Part shown: positions 51,935-62,803 of the stretch, one piece after another
How positions within the stretch are numbered: the first letter of the stretch is position 1
Layout: each line of letters opens with the position of its first letter
Assembly (NCBI GenBank): GCA_965220825.1
Contig: OZ244839.1
Span: 3,013,280 to 3,077,279 of the forward strand
Direction: 5' to 3'
DNA length: 64,000 nt
Origin: Alphaproteobacteria bacterium
Lineage (GTDB): Bacteria > Pseudomonadota > Alphaproteobacteria > UBA828
Translations under genes and position numbers: made by a program
The notes under the pieces: model-generated
Told to the model about the DNA's origin: nothing
The model's input: only the letters and a program-made list of their open reading frames with translations
Databases searched by the model: none

Positions 51935-53236
51935 TCACTCGGTGCTGCCGTCGAGCCGCAGCGCCACCGAAAGAGCGTGGGCGTCCAGACCTTCCGTGTT
52001 GGCGAGGGTAACGGCCCAGGGCCCGATCCGTGCGAGACTGGCGGCGTCGCAGCCGACGAAGGTCGTGCGTTTGAGGAAGTCCAGCGGCGAAAGCCCGGAG
52101 GAGAAACGCGCACCGCGGGCGGTGGGCAGCACATGGTTTGGTCCCGCGACATAGTCGCCCACGGCCTCCGGCGTATGGCGGCCGAGGAATATCGCGCCCG
52201 CGTTGGCGACCGCCTCGGCCAACGGGTCGGGTTCGGCCACGGCGAGTTCCAGATGTTCGGGCGCCACGCGGTCGATCAGCGGCGGTGCCTCCTCCAGCGA
52301 ACGGAGAAGAATGATCGCACCGTGGCGCCGCCAGCTCGCGGATGCGATGTGCGCACGCGGGAGCGAGGCGAGGAGCGTCTCGATCTCGGCCGCCACGCGC
52401 TGCCCGAAGGCGCGATCGTCGGTCATCAGCAGCGACTGGGCGGTCTCGTCATGTTCGGCCTGTGAGAGCAGGTCCGCTGCAATCCAGCGCGGAACGTTCT
52501 CCCGGTCCGCCACCACCAGGATTTCGGAGGGACCCGCCATCATGTCGATGCCGACGGTGCCGAAGACGTGCCGCTTGGCGGCCGCGACATATGCGTTGCC
52601 GGGCCCGACGATCTTGTCCACCGCTGGGATGGTTTCGGTGCCATGGGCGAGCGCCGCGACCGCCTGGGCACCGCCGACGCGGTAGATTTCCGTTACCCCG
52701 GCAAGCTCTGCGGCGGCCAGCACGGCGGGTGCGAGGACGCCGTCCGGCGCGGGAACGGCCATGGCGATTCGCGAAACGCCCGCCACCTTCGCCGGGATCG
52801 CGTTCATCAGCACGGTGCTCGGATAGGCGGCCGTTCCACCGGGGACGTAGATTCCCACCGCTTCCAGCGGGCGCCAGCGGGCGCCAAGCCGCACGCCCGC
52901 CGCGTCGCGGTAGTCCAGCCCATCCGGCATGAGACGGGCGTGGAACGCTTCGATCCGCGCGGCGGCCTGGACGAGTGCGTCGCGGACCGCCTGCGGTGTC
53001 CGGTCCGCGCATGCGCGGGCTTCGTCGGGTGCGATGCGGAGGCGGTCGTGCGTGAGCGTCGTCCGGTCGAAGCGCGCCGTGTAGTCGAGGAGTGCCTTGT
53101 CGCCCGTGGCCCGTACCGCCTCGACGATGCGGGCCGCATCCCGGGCCGTGGTCTCGGCCGTCGCCTCGCGCGCCGCGAGCAGAGCGGCGAACGCGCTCTC
53201 GAACCCGGCGTCGGTGCTATCCAGCCAGCGGTTCAT
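51935..53236 (-). CDS. hisD: Histidinol dehydrogenase.
   Basis: 433 aa from [12 protein letters not shown]…; HisD motifs (…[14 protein letters not shown]…; …LLSQAEHD…). Confidence 0.9.
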   Translation of the reverse strand: MNRWLDSTDAGFESAFAALLAAREATAETTARDAARIVEAVRATGDKALLDYTARFDRTTLTHDRLRIAPDEARACADRTPQAVRDALVQAAARIEAFHARLMPDGLDYRDAAGVRLGARWRPLEAVGIYVPGGTAAYPSTVLMNAIPAKVAGVSRIAMAVPAPDGVLAPAVLAAAELAGVTEIYRVGGAQAVAALAHGTETIPAVDKIVGPGNAYVAAAKRHVFGTVGIDMMAGPSEILVVADRENVPRWIAADLLSQAEHDETAQSLLMTDDRAFGQRVAAEIETLLASLPRAHIASASWRRHGAIILLRSLEEAPPLIDRVAPEHLELAVAEPDPLAEAVANAGAIFLGRHTPEAVGDYVAGPNHVLPTARGARFSSGLSPLDFLKRTTFVGCDAASLARIGPWAVTLANTEGLDAHALSVALRLDGSTE

Positions 53237-53882
53237 CGACAGCCTCCGCAAAACGCCGGATCCAGGCTTGAATTTCCCCGGCACGGGTCTTCAGGGCAGT
53301 GCGGTTGACGATAAGGCGGGAGGAGATGTCGGCGATATGCTCCACCTCAACAAGGCCGTTGGCGCGCAGCGTCCGGCCGCTGTCGACCAGGTCCACGATC
53401 CGCCGGCAGAGGCCGAGGCTGGGTGCGAGCTCCATCGCGCCATGCAGCTTGATGCACTCGGCCTGCACGCCCCGCGTCGCGAAATGGCGCCGGGTCAGCC
53501 GGGGATATTTGGTGGCGACGCGCACATGGCTCCAGCGCGAGGGGTCGTCCCTCGTGGCGAGCGAGGCGGGCTCCGCCACGGCCATCCGGCAGAGGCCGAT
53601 CGCCAAGTCCAGGGGGGCGTATATCTCCTGGTAGTCGAATTCCATCAGCACGTCGTTGCCGGCAACGCCGATCTGGGCTGCGCCGAAGGCGACGAAGGCG
53701 GCCACGTCGAAGCTGCGGACACGGATGATGGAAAGCCCGGGGTCCCGCGTCGCGAAGCGCAGAAGGCGCGTTGCCTCGTCGTGGTATGCGGGCTCGGGCT
53801 CGATGCCGACACGGGCAAGAACCGGCGCGAGTTCATGGGCGATTCGCCCCTTGGGAAGCGCGAGGACAAGGCTTTCGGTCAC
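53217..53882 (-). CDS. hisG: ATP phosphoribosyltransferase (short form).
   Basis: 221 aa; [14 protein letters not shown]… with the HisG signature (…[14 protein letters not shown]…). Confidence 0.9.
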   Translation of the reverse strand: MTESLVLALPKGRIAHELAPVLARVGIEPEPAYHDEATRLLRFATRDPGLSIIRVRSFDVAAFVAFGAAQIGVAGNDVLMEFDYQEIYAPLDLAIGLCRMAVAEPASLATRDDPSRWSHVRVATKYPRLTRRHFATRGVQAECIKLHGAMELAPSLGLCRRIVDLVDSGRTLRANGLVEVEHIADISSRLIVNRTALKTRAGEIQAWIRRFAEAVDEPLAG

Positions 53883-54319
53883 GAGGCGGACTCCCCGTCG
53901 CCGGGAGCGGGCGGTTCGCTTTCCGCCCGCGGGGGTTGCAGGTCTTGGAGGAAGCAGAAAATTCGCTCAACTTCCAGCCAGAGTTCGGCTCCTTCGTGGA
54001 AGAGCAGCCTGACGACGGGCCGGTTTCTTCCCGGTTCGGCAAAGATGCCGATGAGCGCGAGGCGGCGGTCGGGCCGCGTCCGGTCGATGCCCCTGTACTT
54101 CACCGCCCTCACGGCTTCGAAGTGGATGGCGGTCTTGACTCGATCCGCCCCCGCCGCTTCGTCGATGCGCGAGCGTGTCAGGAGAGCGGCGAAGCGGGCC
54201 CCGTCCGAATCGAAGGCCATCTCGCCGACGGCGAAGAGGGAATCCTGAAGGCAGGCGGAGATGACCGCGAGGTCGTCCGCATCTTCGCCGCGCAGCTTGA
54301 GGGGTGCGGACGGGGTCAT
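53879..54319 (-). CDS. DUF2948-family protein.
   Basis: 146 aa from [26 protein letters not shown]…; the conserved alphaproteobacterial gene between murA and hisG. Confidence 0.6.
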   Translation of the reverse strand: MTPSAPLKLRGEDADDLAVISACLQDSLFAVGEMAFDSDGARFAALLTRSRIDEAAGADRVKTAIHFEAVRAVKYRGIDRTRPDRRLALIGIFAEPGRNRPVVRLLFHEGAELWLEVERIFCFLQDLQPPRAESEPPAPGDGESAS

Positions 54320-55584
54320 GCCCGCACCCGTCGGATGTCCGCCCCGCAGGCCGCCAGCTTGTTTTCGATCCGCTCGTAGCCGCGGTCCAGATGGTAGACC
54401 CGGTTCACCACCGTCTGTCCCTTTGCCGCGAGGCCCGCAAGCACGAGGGAGGAGGAGGCGCGGAGGTCGGTCGCCATGACAGGCGCACCGGTGAGGTGCG
54501 AGACGCCGCGAACCAGCGCGGTGTTGCCGTCCACGGTGATTTCCGCTCCCATTCGGCACAGTTCCGGGACATGGGTGAAGCGGTTTTCGAAGATCGTCTC
54601 CGTGATTGCAGCCTCGCCCTCGGCCACCGTCATCAGTGCCATCGCCTGAGCCTGGAGGTCGGTGGGGAAGCCCGGATAGGGTTGTGTGGTCAGGTTCGCC
54701 GCGGTCCGGGTGCCGTTTGAACCGATGCGGACGCCCCGCTGCGTTTCGCATATCCGGGCGCCGGCGAGCCTCAGATAGTCGAAGAGCGCCCCGAGAAGTG
54801 TACAGGGTGCGCCGACGAGCTCCACCTCGCCGCCGGCAATGGCGACGGCGAGTGCGTAAGTTCCGGTTTCTATCCGGTCCGCGATGGTGCGGTGGCGGGC
54901 GCCCGTGAGCGTCCTTTTTCCGCGGATCACGATCTCGCTGCTGCCGGCACCGGATATGTCGGCACCCATGGCCTTCAGGCAGCGGGCCAGATCGACCACT
55001 TCGGGCTCCCGTGCGGCGCCCTGGAGAAGGGTTTCGCCGTCGGCAAGGGTCGCCGCCATCATCAGGTTCTCGGTCGCGCCCACCGAAGCGAAGGGAAGGG
55101 AAATCCGGCCTCCCCTCAACGGGCCCTCCGCCTCGGCGCGGATGTAGCCGTCCTGCAGCGCGATCTCGGCGCCGAGCCGCTTCAAGCCTTCGATATGGAT
55201 GTCGACGGGCCGCGAGCCGATGGCGCATCCACCGGGCAGCGAGACCTCCGCACGGCCGGTGCGCGCGAGCAACGGCCCGAGTACCAGGATGGAGGCGCGC
55301 ATCTGCCGGACGAGCTCGTAGGGCGCCTGCGTGCTGACGATCTTCGCGGCGGTCAACGCCATGACACCGCCTTCCTCGCCGTCTTCCCTCTCGATATGGA
55401 CGCCGTGCCGCGCAAGGAGGCGCGAAAGGGTGGCGATGTCCACCAGACGGGGCAGGTTGGAGAGCGTCAGCGTCTCGTCGGTGAGCAGGCTCGCCGCCAT
55501 AAGCGGGAGTGCGGCGTTTTTTGCGCCGAATATCTCGATCTCGCCTTCGAGCGGGCGGCCGCCCCTGATCCGAATGCTGTCCAT
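54316..55584 (-). CDS. murA: UDP-N-acetylglucosamine 1-carboxyvinyltransferase.
   Basis: 422 aa from MDSIRIRGG…; EPT-family fold with the catalytic Cys loop (…[13 protein letters not shown]…). Confidence 0.9.
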   Translation of the reverse strand: MDSIRIRGGRPLEGEIEIFGAKNAALPLMAASLLTDETLTLSNLPRLVDIATLSRLLARHGVHIEREDGEEGGVMALTAAKIVSTQAPYELVRQMRASILVLGPLLARTGRAEVSLPGGCAIGSRPVDIHIEGLKRLGAEIALQDGYIRAEAEGPLRGGRISLPFASVGATENLMMAATLADGETLLQGAAREPEVVDLARCLKAMGADISGAGSSEIVIRGKRTLTGARHRTIADRIETGTYALAVAIAGGEVELVGAPCTLLGALFDYLRLAGARICETQRGVRIGSNGTRTAANLTTQPYPGFPTDLQAQAMALMTVAEGEAAITETIFENRFTHVPELCRMGAEITVDGNTALVRGVSHLTGAPVMATDLRASSSLVLAGLAAKGQTVVNRVYHLDRGYERIENKLAACGADIRRVRA

Positions 55585-56082
55585 GCGTGTTCCGCCCGTT
55601 CGTACCGGCGCGCACACTATGTCACGCACCCCCGCCGAACAACTCCCCGTCCCGCTGCGGGCGATGGGAGACGGAAATACCCTGCGCTGCGTAAGTGCTT
55701 TCTGAGGCTCGTTGTCGTGCGGATAGCGATCGACGAGCCCGACTCCGCCTATTTTTTCGCGGCTCGTTCAGGCCGTCGGTTCGTCGGAAAGACGAGCCTC
55801 GGAAACAACCATGGGTGTTCAGGAAGTTTCAAAATACCGTTTTCGTCGCACAGTGGAACGAATGGCGGGCGGTCTTCACGAACGCGAAGTTTTCCTCACG
55901 AAGAACGAGATCGATTGTCTAACCGTTTGTGCGATTCAAAAGGCGCGGTTGAAAGGTCGAAATCACCACTTCACGGTTCGCCAAGCACGCAAAAGGACGA
56001 ACGGGTGCATGTGTCAAGAGGCGTATGTGGTTCCCGCGATGGTGCGCGCTCCGAAAGAATGCGGGCGGTGCGCGGCGCGACC

Positions 56083-56982
56083 TCAGGCGGCGAGAAGATC
56101 GTCGATTTTCGTGCCGCACCACCCCGCTTCCCGGCGGCGCCAATAGCTGTCGACGAGCCGCGTCGTCAGGATGCCGGGAGCGCCGTTGCCGAGCGGCTTG
56201 TCGTCGATAGCCGTCACCGGCAGGATACCGCCCGCGGATGAGGTCGCGAACGCTTCATCGGCATTGCGCAGCTCGTCCGGGCGAACCGTCCGAGTCTCGC
56301 AAGGAATGTTCTCCATCTCGCAGAGCTCGATCGCGGACTTGCGCGACATGCCCAAGAGGCAGTTCGCGTCGGGCGTGGCACAGACACCGTCCTTCACCAC
56401 CCAGATATTGTATCCCGGCCCCTCGGCGAGGTTGCCGTCCGGCCCGCACAGGACCGAATCGTCACGGCCCGCTTCATAGGCCTCGTACTGCGATTGAATC
56501 AGGTCGGCCCAATGGAAATTCTTGAAACGCGCGTCGACGGCCTTGCTGGAAATCCGCTCGGTCGAGGCAAGGTGCAAGTTGACGCCGGTCTTCAACTTCT
56601 CCTCGTCCCATAGCCACACATAGGGAACGGCGTAGCAAACGAATTGATTCTCGCACAGCCGCGGATCGCGCGAGCCTTCCGGGTACAGGCCGCGGGTTAC
56701 GTGCATGTGTATGTAGCTGGCATCGTCCAGTCCGGCACGACGAACACACTCCGCCAGCAATCGAGCGGTTTCTTCGTTGGAATAGGGGTTTTTCAAATGG
56801 AAGCCGGCGCAAGATGCCGCGAAGCGATCGAGGTGTTCGTCCAACTTGAAGATGTAGCCTTTCCACGAGGTCGTGACATCGTAGACGACGTCGCTATGCA
56901 GGAATCCCGTGTCGAAAATCGACATTTTCGCATCGTCGAGCTCAACGAACTCACCGCCTATATGCACACATCCGCTCGCCAT
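56083..56982 (-). CDS. Class-IV (branched-chain / D-amino-acid) aminotransferase.
   Basis: 299 aa; fold-type IV PLP-enzyme pattern. GC noticeably lower (mid-50s %) than its neighbours. Confidence 0.8.
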   Translation of the reverse strand: MASGCVHIGGEFVELDDAKMSIFDTGFLHSDVVYDVTTSWKGYIFKLDEHLDRFAASCAGFHLKNPYSNEETARLLAECVRRAGLDDASYIHMHVTRGLYPEGSRDPRLCENQFVCYAVPYVWLWDEEKLKTGVNLHLASTERISSKAVDARFKNFHWADLIQSQYEAYEAGRDDSVLCGPDGNLAEGPGYNIWVVKDGVCATPDANCLLGMSRKSAIELCEMENIPCETRTVRPDELRNADEAFATSSAGGILPVTAIDDKPLGNGAPGILTTRLVDSYWRRREAGWCGTKIDDLLAA

Positions 56983-57090
56983 GTCAGCCTCCGCTGCGAT
57001 CGCAAGGCGTCATCTCAAAACAGGCACTTCCATGGTAGGAGCGGGCAATAAGCCGGTCAAGCGCAAGCCCGGACTCGGGCAAGAACACGT

Positions 57091-58845
57091 TCACTCGGCG
57101 GCCGCGGAGTGGCGGAGGCGGTGGGTTTCGGCCGTGTCCACCTGCCCCGAGTGGTCCAGAGCCACGCGGTAGACATCGCGGGCGACTTGGGGCGAAACCC
57201 AGCGCTCGCGCACATCGTCGGCAACGCGCTCCGGATCCCGCAAGGCGGGCCGGGCGTAGCCGCCGCCACCGGCCGAGATGGAGACCACCGTCTCCCCCGG
57301 CACCAGGGTGACCTGCGCGCAGGCCGCGAGTTCCTCCAGCTTGCCGTTGCGGTTGCGCCGATATTGCTTCGCACCGGCGCCGGGGCCGCCGCCGCGGGCG
57401 CCGTTCGCCGGGTTGAGCGTGCCGTTGCTCACATAGCCGACCTCGAGATCGCAGCCGGCAATGGGGCCGAACTCCACATGGGCGCCCGGCCCTCCGCGCT
57501 GGCGCCCGGCGCCGCCGCCGTCGGTGGCGAAATGACGCTTCCGAACCGTTATGGGAAAGACCATCTCGTCCACTTCGATGGAATCCTGATAGCAAAGCCC
57601 GGCATTGCCCACATGCGCCATGGAGACCCAGGCGTCCGTTGCGGGTGCTGCGGCGCCGCCGCCGAACCCCAGGAATATCTGGTTCACGAAGGGCTCGCCG
57701 GTGCGCGGGTCCACGCCCGAGATCACCCCGCAGCTCGGTGGGATCACGCTGCCGACTTCCGCCATGCCTTCGCCGTCGCCCAGCTCGGCGATGGCGCGCT
57801 GGACACCGTTGGCGATGTGGTCAGCCACATTGGTAGTGGCGACGGAGCAGGAGGTGGGATGGTCGGGCACGCCCACCACGCAGCCCTCGCGCAGATGAAC
57901 CCGCAACCGCCTGAAGGAGCCCGCATTGGGCGGCACGGTGTGGGGCAGCGCGTTGAAGATGCCCACCATAGCCGAGGTGCGGGCACACGCCTCGCTCATA
58001 TTGAGCCCGCAGGGGAGCGAATCGATATTGTCGCGGAGGTCCACTTCGATCCGCGCATCCGCGGGGTCGATGCGCACGGCGACGTTCACCGTTACGCCGT
58101 CCGGCGCGCCGGGTACCGGATCGTGTGCGCTCGAGACCCGTCGCTCGCCGGCGGGGAGCGTCTTCAGCGCATCGATCATGCGCTGTTCGCTGTAGTCGAA
58201 CCATGCGTCGGAGAACCGTTCGAGCGTCTCCCAGCCGACCTCCTCGCCGAGCGCTTCAAGCGCCTGTTCGCCCACCCGCGCGGCCCCGATCTCGGCGAGG
58301 AAGTCCCCCCACCATTGCTCCGGCACGCGAATCCGCATGCGGCACATGCGAACGATGTCGTCGATGGTCCTATAGTCGCGCTGGACCTGGACGGCGGGGA
58401 AGATCAGCGCCCCTTCCTCATACACGTCCCGCGCGCTGCCGTGATAGGTGGTGGGGATGGAGTTGCCGCAATCGGCCTGGTGCGCCTTGGCGACCACGGT
58501 AAAGCGGTGGCGGCCCGCGCCGTCCATCACGGGCACGAGGATGGTGTGGTCGGCGGGGTGCGAGCAGCCGTGATAGGGCGAGTTGTGCAAGAAGGCATCC
58601 CCTCGCCGGAGTTCGGGATGGAAGTTCTTCATGGCGCGGGCCATCAGGTCGGGCCCGCTCAGCACGTGGATCGGCAGGCTCTCGGCGGTTGCCAGAAACT
58701 TGCAATCGGCGGTGACGATGCAACAGGAGAAGTCCCGCGCCGTGTTCAGCACGCCCGAGCGCCCGGTGCGGAACAGCGTGTTGGCCATCTTCCGGCAGAT
58801 GGCCTCGAAGCGCTTGTTAAGGATGGCAAGCTGGACGCCGTCCAT
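57091..58845 (-). CDS. hyuB: Hydantoinase B / oxoprolinase-family protein.
   Basis: 584 aa from MDGVQLAILNKRF…; HyuB-family collinearity. No adjacent hyuA. Confidence 0.85.
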   Translation of the reverse strand: MDGVQLAILNKRFEAICRKMANTLFRTGRSGVLNTARDFSCCIVTADCKFLATAESLPIHVLSGPDLMARAMKNFHPELRRGDAFLHNSPYHGCSHPADHTILVPVMDGAGRHRFTVVAKAHQADCGNSIPTTYHGSARDVYEEGALIFPAVQVQRDYRTIDDIVRMCRMRIRVPEQWWGDFLAEIGAARVGEQALEALGEEVGWETLERFSDAWFDYSEQRMIDALKTLPAGERRVSSAHDPVPGAPDGVTVNVAVRIDPADARIEVDLRDNIDSLPCGLNMSEACARTSAMVGIFNALPHTVPPNAGSFRRLRVHLREGCVVGVPDHPTSCSVATTNVADHIANGVQRAIAELGDGEGMAEVGSVIPPSCGVISGVDPRTGEPFVNQIFLGFGGGAAAPATDAWVSMAHVGNAGLCYQDSIEVDEMVFPITVRKRHFATDGGGAGRQRGGPGAHVEFGPIAGCDLEVGYVSNGTLNPANGARGGGPGAGAKQYRRNRNGKLEELAACAQVTLVPGETVVSISAGGGGYARPALRDPERVADDVRERWVSPQVARDVYRVALDHSGQVDTAETHRLRHSAAAE

Positions 58846-58913
58846 GGAGCTTCCTCCTCGTTCTCGTCGCCGCTGGGGTTGCTGCGGTGTGGCGTCGCCA
58901 TTGTCCCCTGAGC

Positions 58914-60122
58914 TTACCAGAGGCGCTCGCTCGCGATTCGCGCGCCCTCCGAGAGCATTTCCATCTTCTTCCATGCCACGTCCGCAGGCACCATCACCCA
59001 GCCGGCGAAGGTGGAGAAGCCGCAGTCGCAACCCGCGATGACCCGTTCCTTGTCGCCCACCGCATCGACGAACTGGCAGATGCGGTCCGCCACCACCTGC
59101 GGGTGCTCCAGATAGTTGGTGGTCACGTCGATCACGCCCGGGATCAGCGCCATGCGATCGGGCAGCCTGTGGGTGCGGAACTCGCGCCATTCATGCTGGT
59201 GGCGCGGGTTCGCGCAGGCGATGCTGAGCGCGCCGACCCGTGCCTCGTAGAGGATGGGGAGCAGCGGTGCGAGGTCGATGTCGTCGATATGGGGCCCGTC
59301 CCAATTGCCCCAGCAGACATGGAGCCGGACCTTCTCGGGCGGGATATCGGCGAGCGCCAGATTGAGCGCCTCCACATGGAGCGCGGCACGCTCCAGAAAG
59401 GCGTCGAGCGGCTTGTCGAGGAACATGATCTGCCGTTCGAGGGCGAGGTCGGGCGCGTCGATCTGGAGGATATGGCCCTCCGAGACGATATGGTCGTATT
59501 CCTTCTTGAGCTCGGCCGCCAAGGCGAAGACATATTCCCGGTCCGTCGCATAGGCCGGGTTGTCCTCGGCACGCAGGAGCGTCGTCGAGATGATGCCGGG
59601 TGCGGCGGCGGTGACGAACGTCTCGGCGAAGCGGTCGGCGACGCCGCTCTCCGCGAGGCTGTGTGCGAAGAGCGCCGTCTCTTCCCGGGCCGCGGCGAGT
59701 GTCTCGTCATAGCGGATACTGTCCTGCGCCTCGGGCATCTGGTAGAGCGAGGCGGTTGCGGTAACGTCCCCGTCATCGTTGCTTGCGCCCCGGAGCGCCG
59801 CCATCTTGAGCGCGGCGTAGCCGGGGAACTTGGCGAAATCGGTGACGGTGCCGCGCTGGGCGATTCCGCCGAAGCCGGTCATGCGATCCTTCACGTAGAA
59901 CGAGAAGCCGATGCGCGGCAGCTCGCCATCGCCCGCGATATCGATACCCGCTTCCGCTTGCCGGCGGACGATCTCCGCCATGTCGTTCGCGGCCCGGGCG
60001 CGGAAGGCCTCCTTGTCCACGGCGCCGCCTTGCTCGATCTCCAGCAGCATCTTGAGCAGTGCGTCGGAGCGCGGGAGGCTCCCGACATGGGTGGTGAGGA
60101 TGCGCGATTCGCTGAGCTTCAT
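58914..60122 (-). CDS. Cobalamin-independent methionine-synthase (MetE C-terminal / UroD-like) family protein.
   Basis: 402 aa; MetE zinc-site motifs (IQIDAPD; LHVCWGNW; AGCDCGFS). Confidence 0.75.
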   Translation of the reverse strand: MKLSESRILTTHVGSLPRSDALLKMLLEIEQGGAVDKEAFRARAANDMAEIVRRQAEAGIDIAGDGELPRIGFSFYVKDRMTGFGGIAQRGTVTDFAKFPGYAALKMAALRGASNDDGDVTATASLYQMPEAQDSIRYDETLAAAREETALFAHSLAESGVADRFAETFVTAAAPGIISTTLLRAEDNPAYATDREYVFALAAELKKEYDHIVSEGHILQIDAPDLALERQIMFLDKPLDAFLERAALHVEALNLALADIPPEKVRLHVCWGNWDGPHIDDIDLAPLLPILYEARVGALSIACANPRHQHEWREFRTHRLPDRMALIPGVIDVTTNYLEHPQVVADRICQFVDAVGDKERVIAGCDCGFSTFAGWVMVPADVAWKKMEMLSEGARIASERLW

Positions 60123-61195
60123 GATGGCTCTCCGGGGGTGGCGGGGCGCGCGCGGAAGGCGCGGCCGAGCAGGGATGGGAAGGGGATCTCGCGCCCGCCG
60201 GTGAGGCCCGCGGGCCGAAAGATCAGGATCAGCATCATGGCCCCCGCAAGCCCGAGTTCGCGGAGGCCCGCAGGTGCGGCAAAGGCGACCGTGCCGATCT
60301 CGATCCCGTTCTCGAGCTGGCGCAGGAGTTCGGCAATGACCGAGACGGTGACCGTGCCGAGCACCGCGCCGGCGAGGCTGCCGGCACCCCCGATCACCAG
60401 CATCGCGATGGTGAGGAAGGTGATGCCGAGATAGAACTGGGTCACGTTCACCGTGCCGAGGAAATGGCCCTGGAGAACGCCGCCCAACGCCACAAGCATG
60501 GCGCTCACCACGAAGGCGGCGAGGCGGGCGGTCAAGACGTTCACGCCGATGGCGCGGGCCGCCGCCTCGTCCTCGCGGGAGGCCCGCAGCGCGAGACCGA
60601 GCTTGGACGTCTGGAAGATATAGGCGACGGCCATGACGAAGAGTGCCGCCGCGAGCGCGACCCAGATGTCCACATAGACGGGCAGGCCGTTGAACGAGCT
60701 GGTGCCGCCGGTCATCTCCTCCCAGCCGGCGTGGACGACGAACACGATGGTAAGCCACGAGAAGGTGCCGATGGCCGCCGCGATCCCCGAAAGCCGCATG
60801 AGCGGTATGCCTATCAGCAGGGCGAAGCCGCCGGCCCAGCCCATGGCGGCGAGCGCCGCCACGCCGGGATGGAACTCCGCCTGGCCCAGGAAGGCCGGCA
60901 GTTCGTCCATCAGGATACTCTTGTAGCGCACCGGTACGTCGAGCCAGGCCGCGCCGAAGCCGCCCAGCATCATGAAGGAGGCGTGGCCGAAGGAAAGCAC
61001 GCCCGAATTGCCGACAAACACATAGAGCCCCACCACCATCACCAGCTTGATGAGGGCGTCGGTTGCGACCCTCTGGAGAACCACCGGCCCCAGCGTGCAG
61101 AGGGCGGCCGCCGCGATCAGGAGCACGCAAAGCGAGAGCAGCGGCCAGACGCCGCGCGCGATCTCCTCAAGGGTCAACCGCTCGCCCTGCATCAC
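60119..61195 (-). CDS. livM: Branched-chain amino-acid ABC transporter permease (LivM-type).
   Basis: 358 aa polytopic permease; typical LivM organisation; overlaps livH and the MetE-like gene by 4 bp. Confidence 0.8.
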   Translation of the reverse strand: MMQGERLTLEEIARGVWPLLSLCVLLIAAAALCTLGPVVLQRVATDALIKLVMVVGLYVFVGNSGVLSFGHASFMMLGGFGAAWLDVPVRYKSILMDELPAFLGQAEFHPGVAALAAMGWAGGFALLIGIPLMRLSGIAAAIGTFSWLTIVFVVHAGWEEMTGGTSSFNGLPVYVDIWVALAAALFVMAVAYIFQTSKLGLALRASREDEAAARAIGVNVLTARLAAFVVSAMLVALGGVLQGHFLGTVNVTQFYLGITFLTIAMLVIGGAGSLAGAVLGTVTVSVIAELLRQLENGIEIGTVAFAAPAGLRELGLAGAMMLILIFRPAGLTGGREIPFPSLLGRAFRARPATPGEPS

Positions 61196-62076
61196 ACCCG
61201 CTCCCGCGCTTCCGCGCCTCGGAACAGGCCTTGCGGGCGGGCGAGCAACACCAGGATCACCGCGGCGAACACGAACGCCTCCCGGTAGGGGCGGAACTCC
61301 AGCGGCAGGCCGAACTGCAGCAGGACGCTGACGATCCCGACGAAGTAACCGCCGAGCACCGCGCCCACCAGGCTCCCCATCCCGCCCACGATGGTGGCGA
61401 CGAAACCGATGAGCGCGAGCTGCACGCCCATATTGGGCGAAAGCGTGCCGCCCTGGACGGTGATGAAGATCGCCGTGACTCCCGCCAATATGCCGCTCAG
61501 CCCAAAAGCCGCGGCGATCACCCGGTTGGCGCGGACGCCCAGCAGTCGCGCCATGCGGAAGTTGAGCGCCGCCGCCCGCATCTGTACGCCGAAGCGCGAG
61601 CGCGTGAGGAAGAGCGCGAGGCCTGCCAGAAGCACGCCGGTTACGACCACGATCGCGACATTGAGCTTGGGGATGCGAATCGCGCCGATCACGAAGGGCT
61701 CCGCGAGCCCCGCAAGAAACTCGAAACCCTTGGGGCGGGCGCCATAGATCATCACGAAGAGATATTGCAGGAAGTAGCTGACCGCGAAGCTGGTTACCAG
61801 CATGGTGGTGGGGCTCGCATTGCGCACCGGGCGGAAGGCGATGCGCTCCGAAAAGAGCGCCAGCGCGACGACTGCGGCCATGGAGATCAGGATGGCAAGC
61901 GGCTCGTACTGCGCGACCACCGCCATCAGCATGTAGGCGCCGATCATGAGGAACTCGCCGTGGGCGAAGTTGATCAACCGCATGATCCCGAAGATGAGTC
62001 CGATGCCGAGGGCGGTGAGCGCGTAGAGCGAGCCCACGCTCAGTGCGTCGACGACAATCTGGATGGCGGCGTTCAC
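61192..62076 (-). CDS. livH: Branched-chain amino-acid ABC transporter permease (LivH-type).
   Basis: 294 aa from a GTG start (VNAAIQIVVDALSVGSLYALTALG…), the canonical LivH N-terminus. Confidence 0.8.
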   Translation of the reverse strand: MNAAIQIVVDALSVGSLYALTALGIGLIFGIMRLINFAHGEFLMIGAYMLMAVVAQYEPLAILISMAAVVALALFSERIAFRPVRNASPTTMLVTSFAVSYFLQYLFVMIYGARPKGFEFLAGLAEPFVIGAIRIPKLNVAIVVVTGVLLAGLALFLTRSRFGVQMRAAALNFRMARLLGVRANRVIAAAFGLSGILAGVTAIFITVQGGTLSPNMGVQLALIGFVATIVGGMGSLVGAVLGGYFVGIVSVLLQFGLPLEFRPYREAFVFAAVILVLLARPQGLFRGAEARERV

Positions 62077-62801
62077 GAAGCCCGGTTGTGTTCGTCGAAG
62101 CCGAAATAGGCTTCGTCCAGCTCCTCGCGCACGCTCAGGATGCTGGGGGGGCCTGTGCGGGCAATGCGGCCCGAGCGCAGCACATAGACCCGGCCGGCGA
62201 CATTGACGATGCGCGCAGGATTTTGTTCGACCACGAGGATCGTCATGCCTTTCTCGCTGTTGAGCGCGGCAAGGGTCTCGTAGACATGCTTGGTGATCAG
62301 CGGCGCGAGGCCGAGCGACGGCTCGTCCAGCAGAAGCATCCGCGGCCGGCTCATCAGCGCACGCGCGATCGCGAGCATCTGCTGCTCGCCGCCGGAGAGC
62401 TTCTCCGCCCTTGAACGGCGCCGCTCCTCGAGGATGGGGAAGGCCGCCATCTGGGCGAGCACATCCGCATCCACCGCGCGCCGGTCCCGGCGGATGGCGG
62501 CCCCAAGCCGGAGATTCTCCTCGACCGTGAGCTCGCCGAACAGCTCGCGGCCTTCCGGCACCAGCGCGATGCCGCGTCGCACCACATCCTCCGGCGCGAG
62601 GCCCGAGAGCGTCTCGCCGTCGAAGCGCACGGTGCCCGCTTGGGCGCGGACGGCGCCGGTGATGGCAAAGAGCAATGTCGATTTGCCTGCGCCGTTGGGT
62701 CCCACGATTCCCACGATCTCGCCTTCCCGAACCTCGATGGAAAGCCCTCGGAGCGCGGCGATGGGGCCGTAGCGGACCGCCAGGCTCTCGACCGTCAGCA
62801 C
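62073..62801 (-). CDS. livF: ABC transporter ATP-binding protein (LivF-type).
   Basis: 242 aa; GTG start with a GAGGG SD; Walker A GPNGAGKST, signature LSGGEQQMLAIARAL, Walker B LLLDEPS. Confidence 0.85.
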   Translation of the reverse strand: MLTVESLAVRYGPIAALRGLSIEVREGEIVGIVGPNGAGKSTLLFAITGAVRAQAGTVRFDGETLSGLAPEDVVRRGIALVPEGRELFGELTVEENLRLGAAIRRDRRAVDADVLAQMAAFPILEERRRSRAEKLSGGEQQMLAIARALMSRPRMLLLDEPSLGLAPLITKHVYETLAALNSEKGMTILVVEQNPARIVNVAGRVYVLRSGRIARTGPPSILSVREELDEAYFGFDEHNRAS

Positions 62802-62803
62802 GC

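Noticed and set aside
55811-56146. 111-aa ORF in the AT-rich spacer downstream of the aminotransferase gene.
   Set aside because: It overlaps the aminotransferase stop on the opposite strand. No SD, no recognisable domain, and an Arg/Cys-rich composition. Treated as non-coding, though a small protein cannot be excluded.
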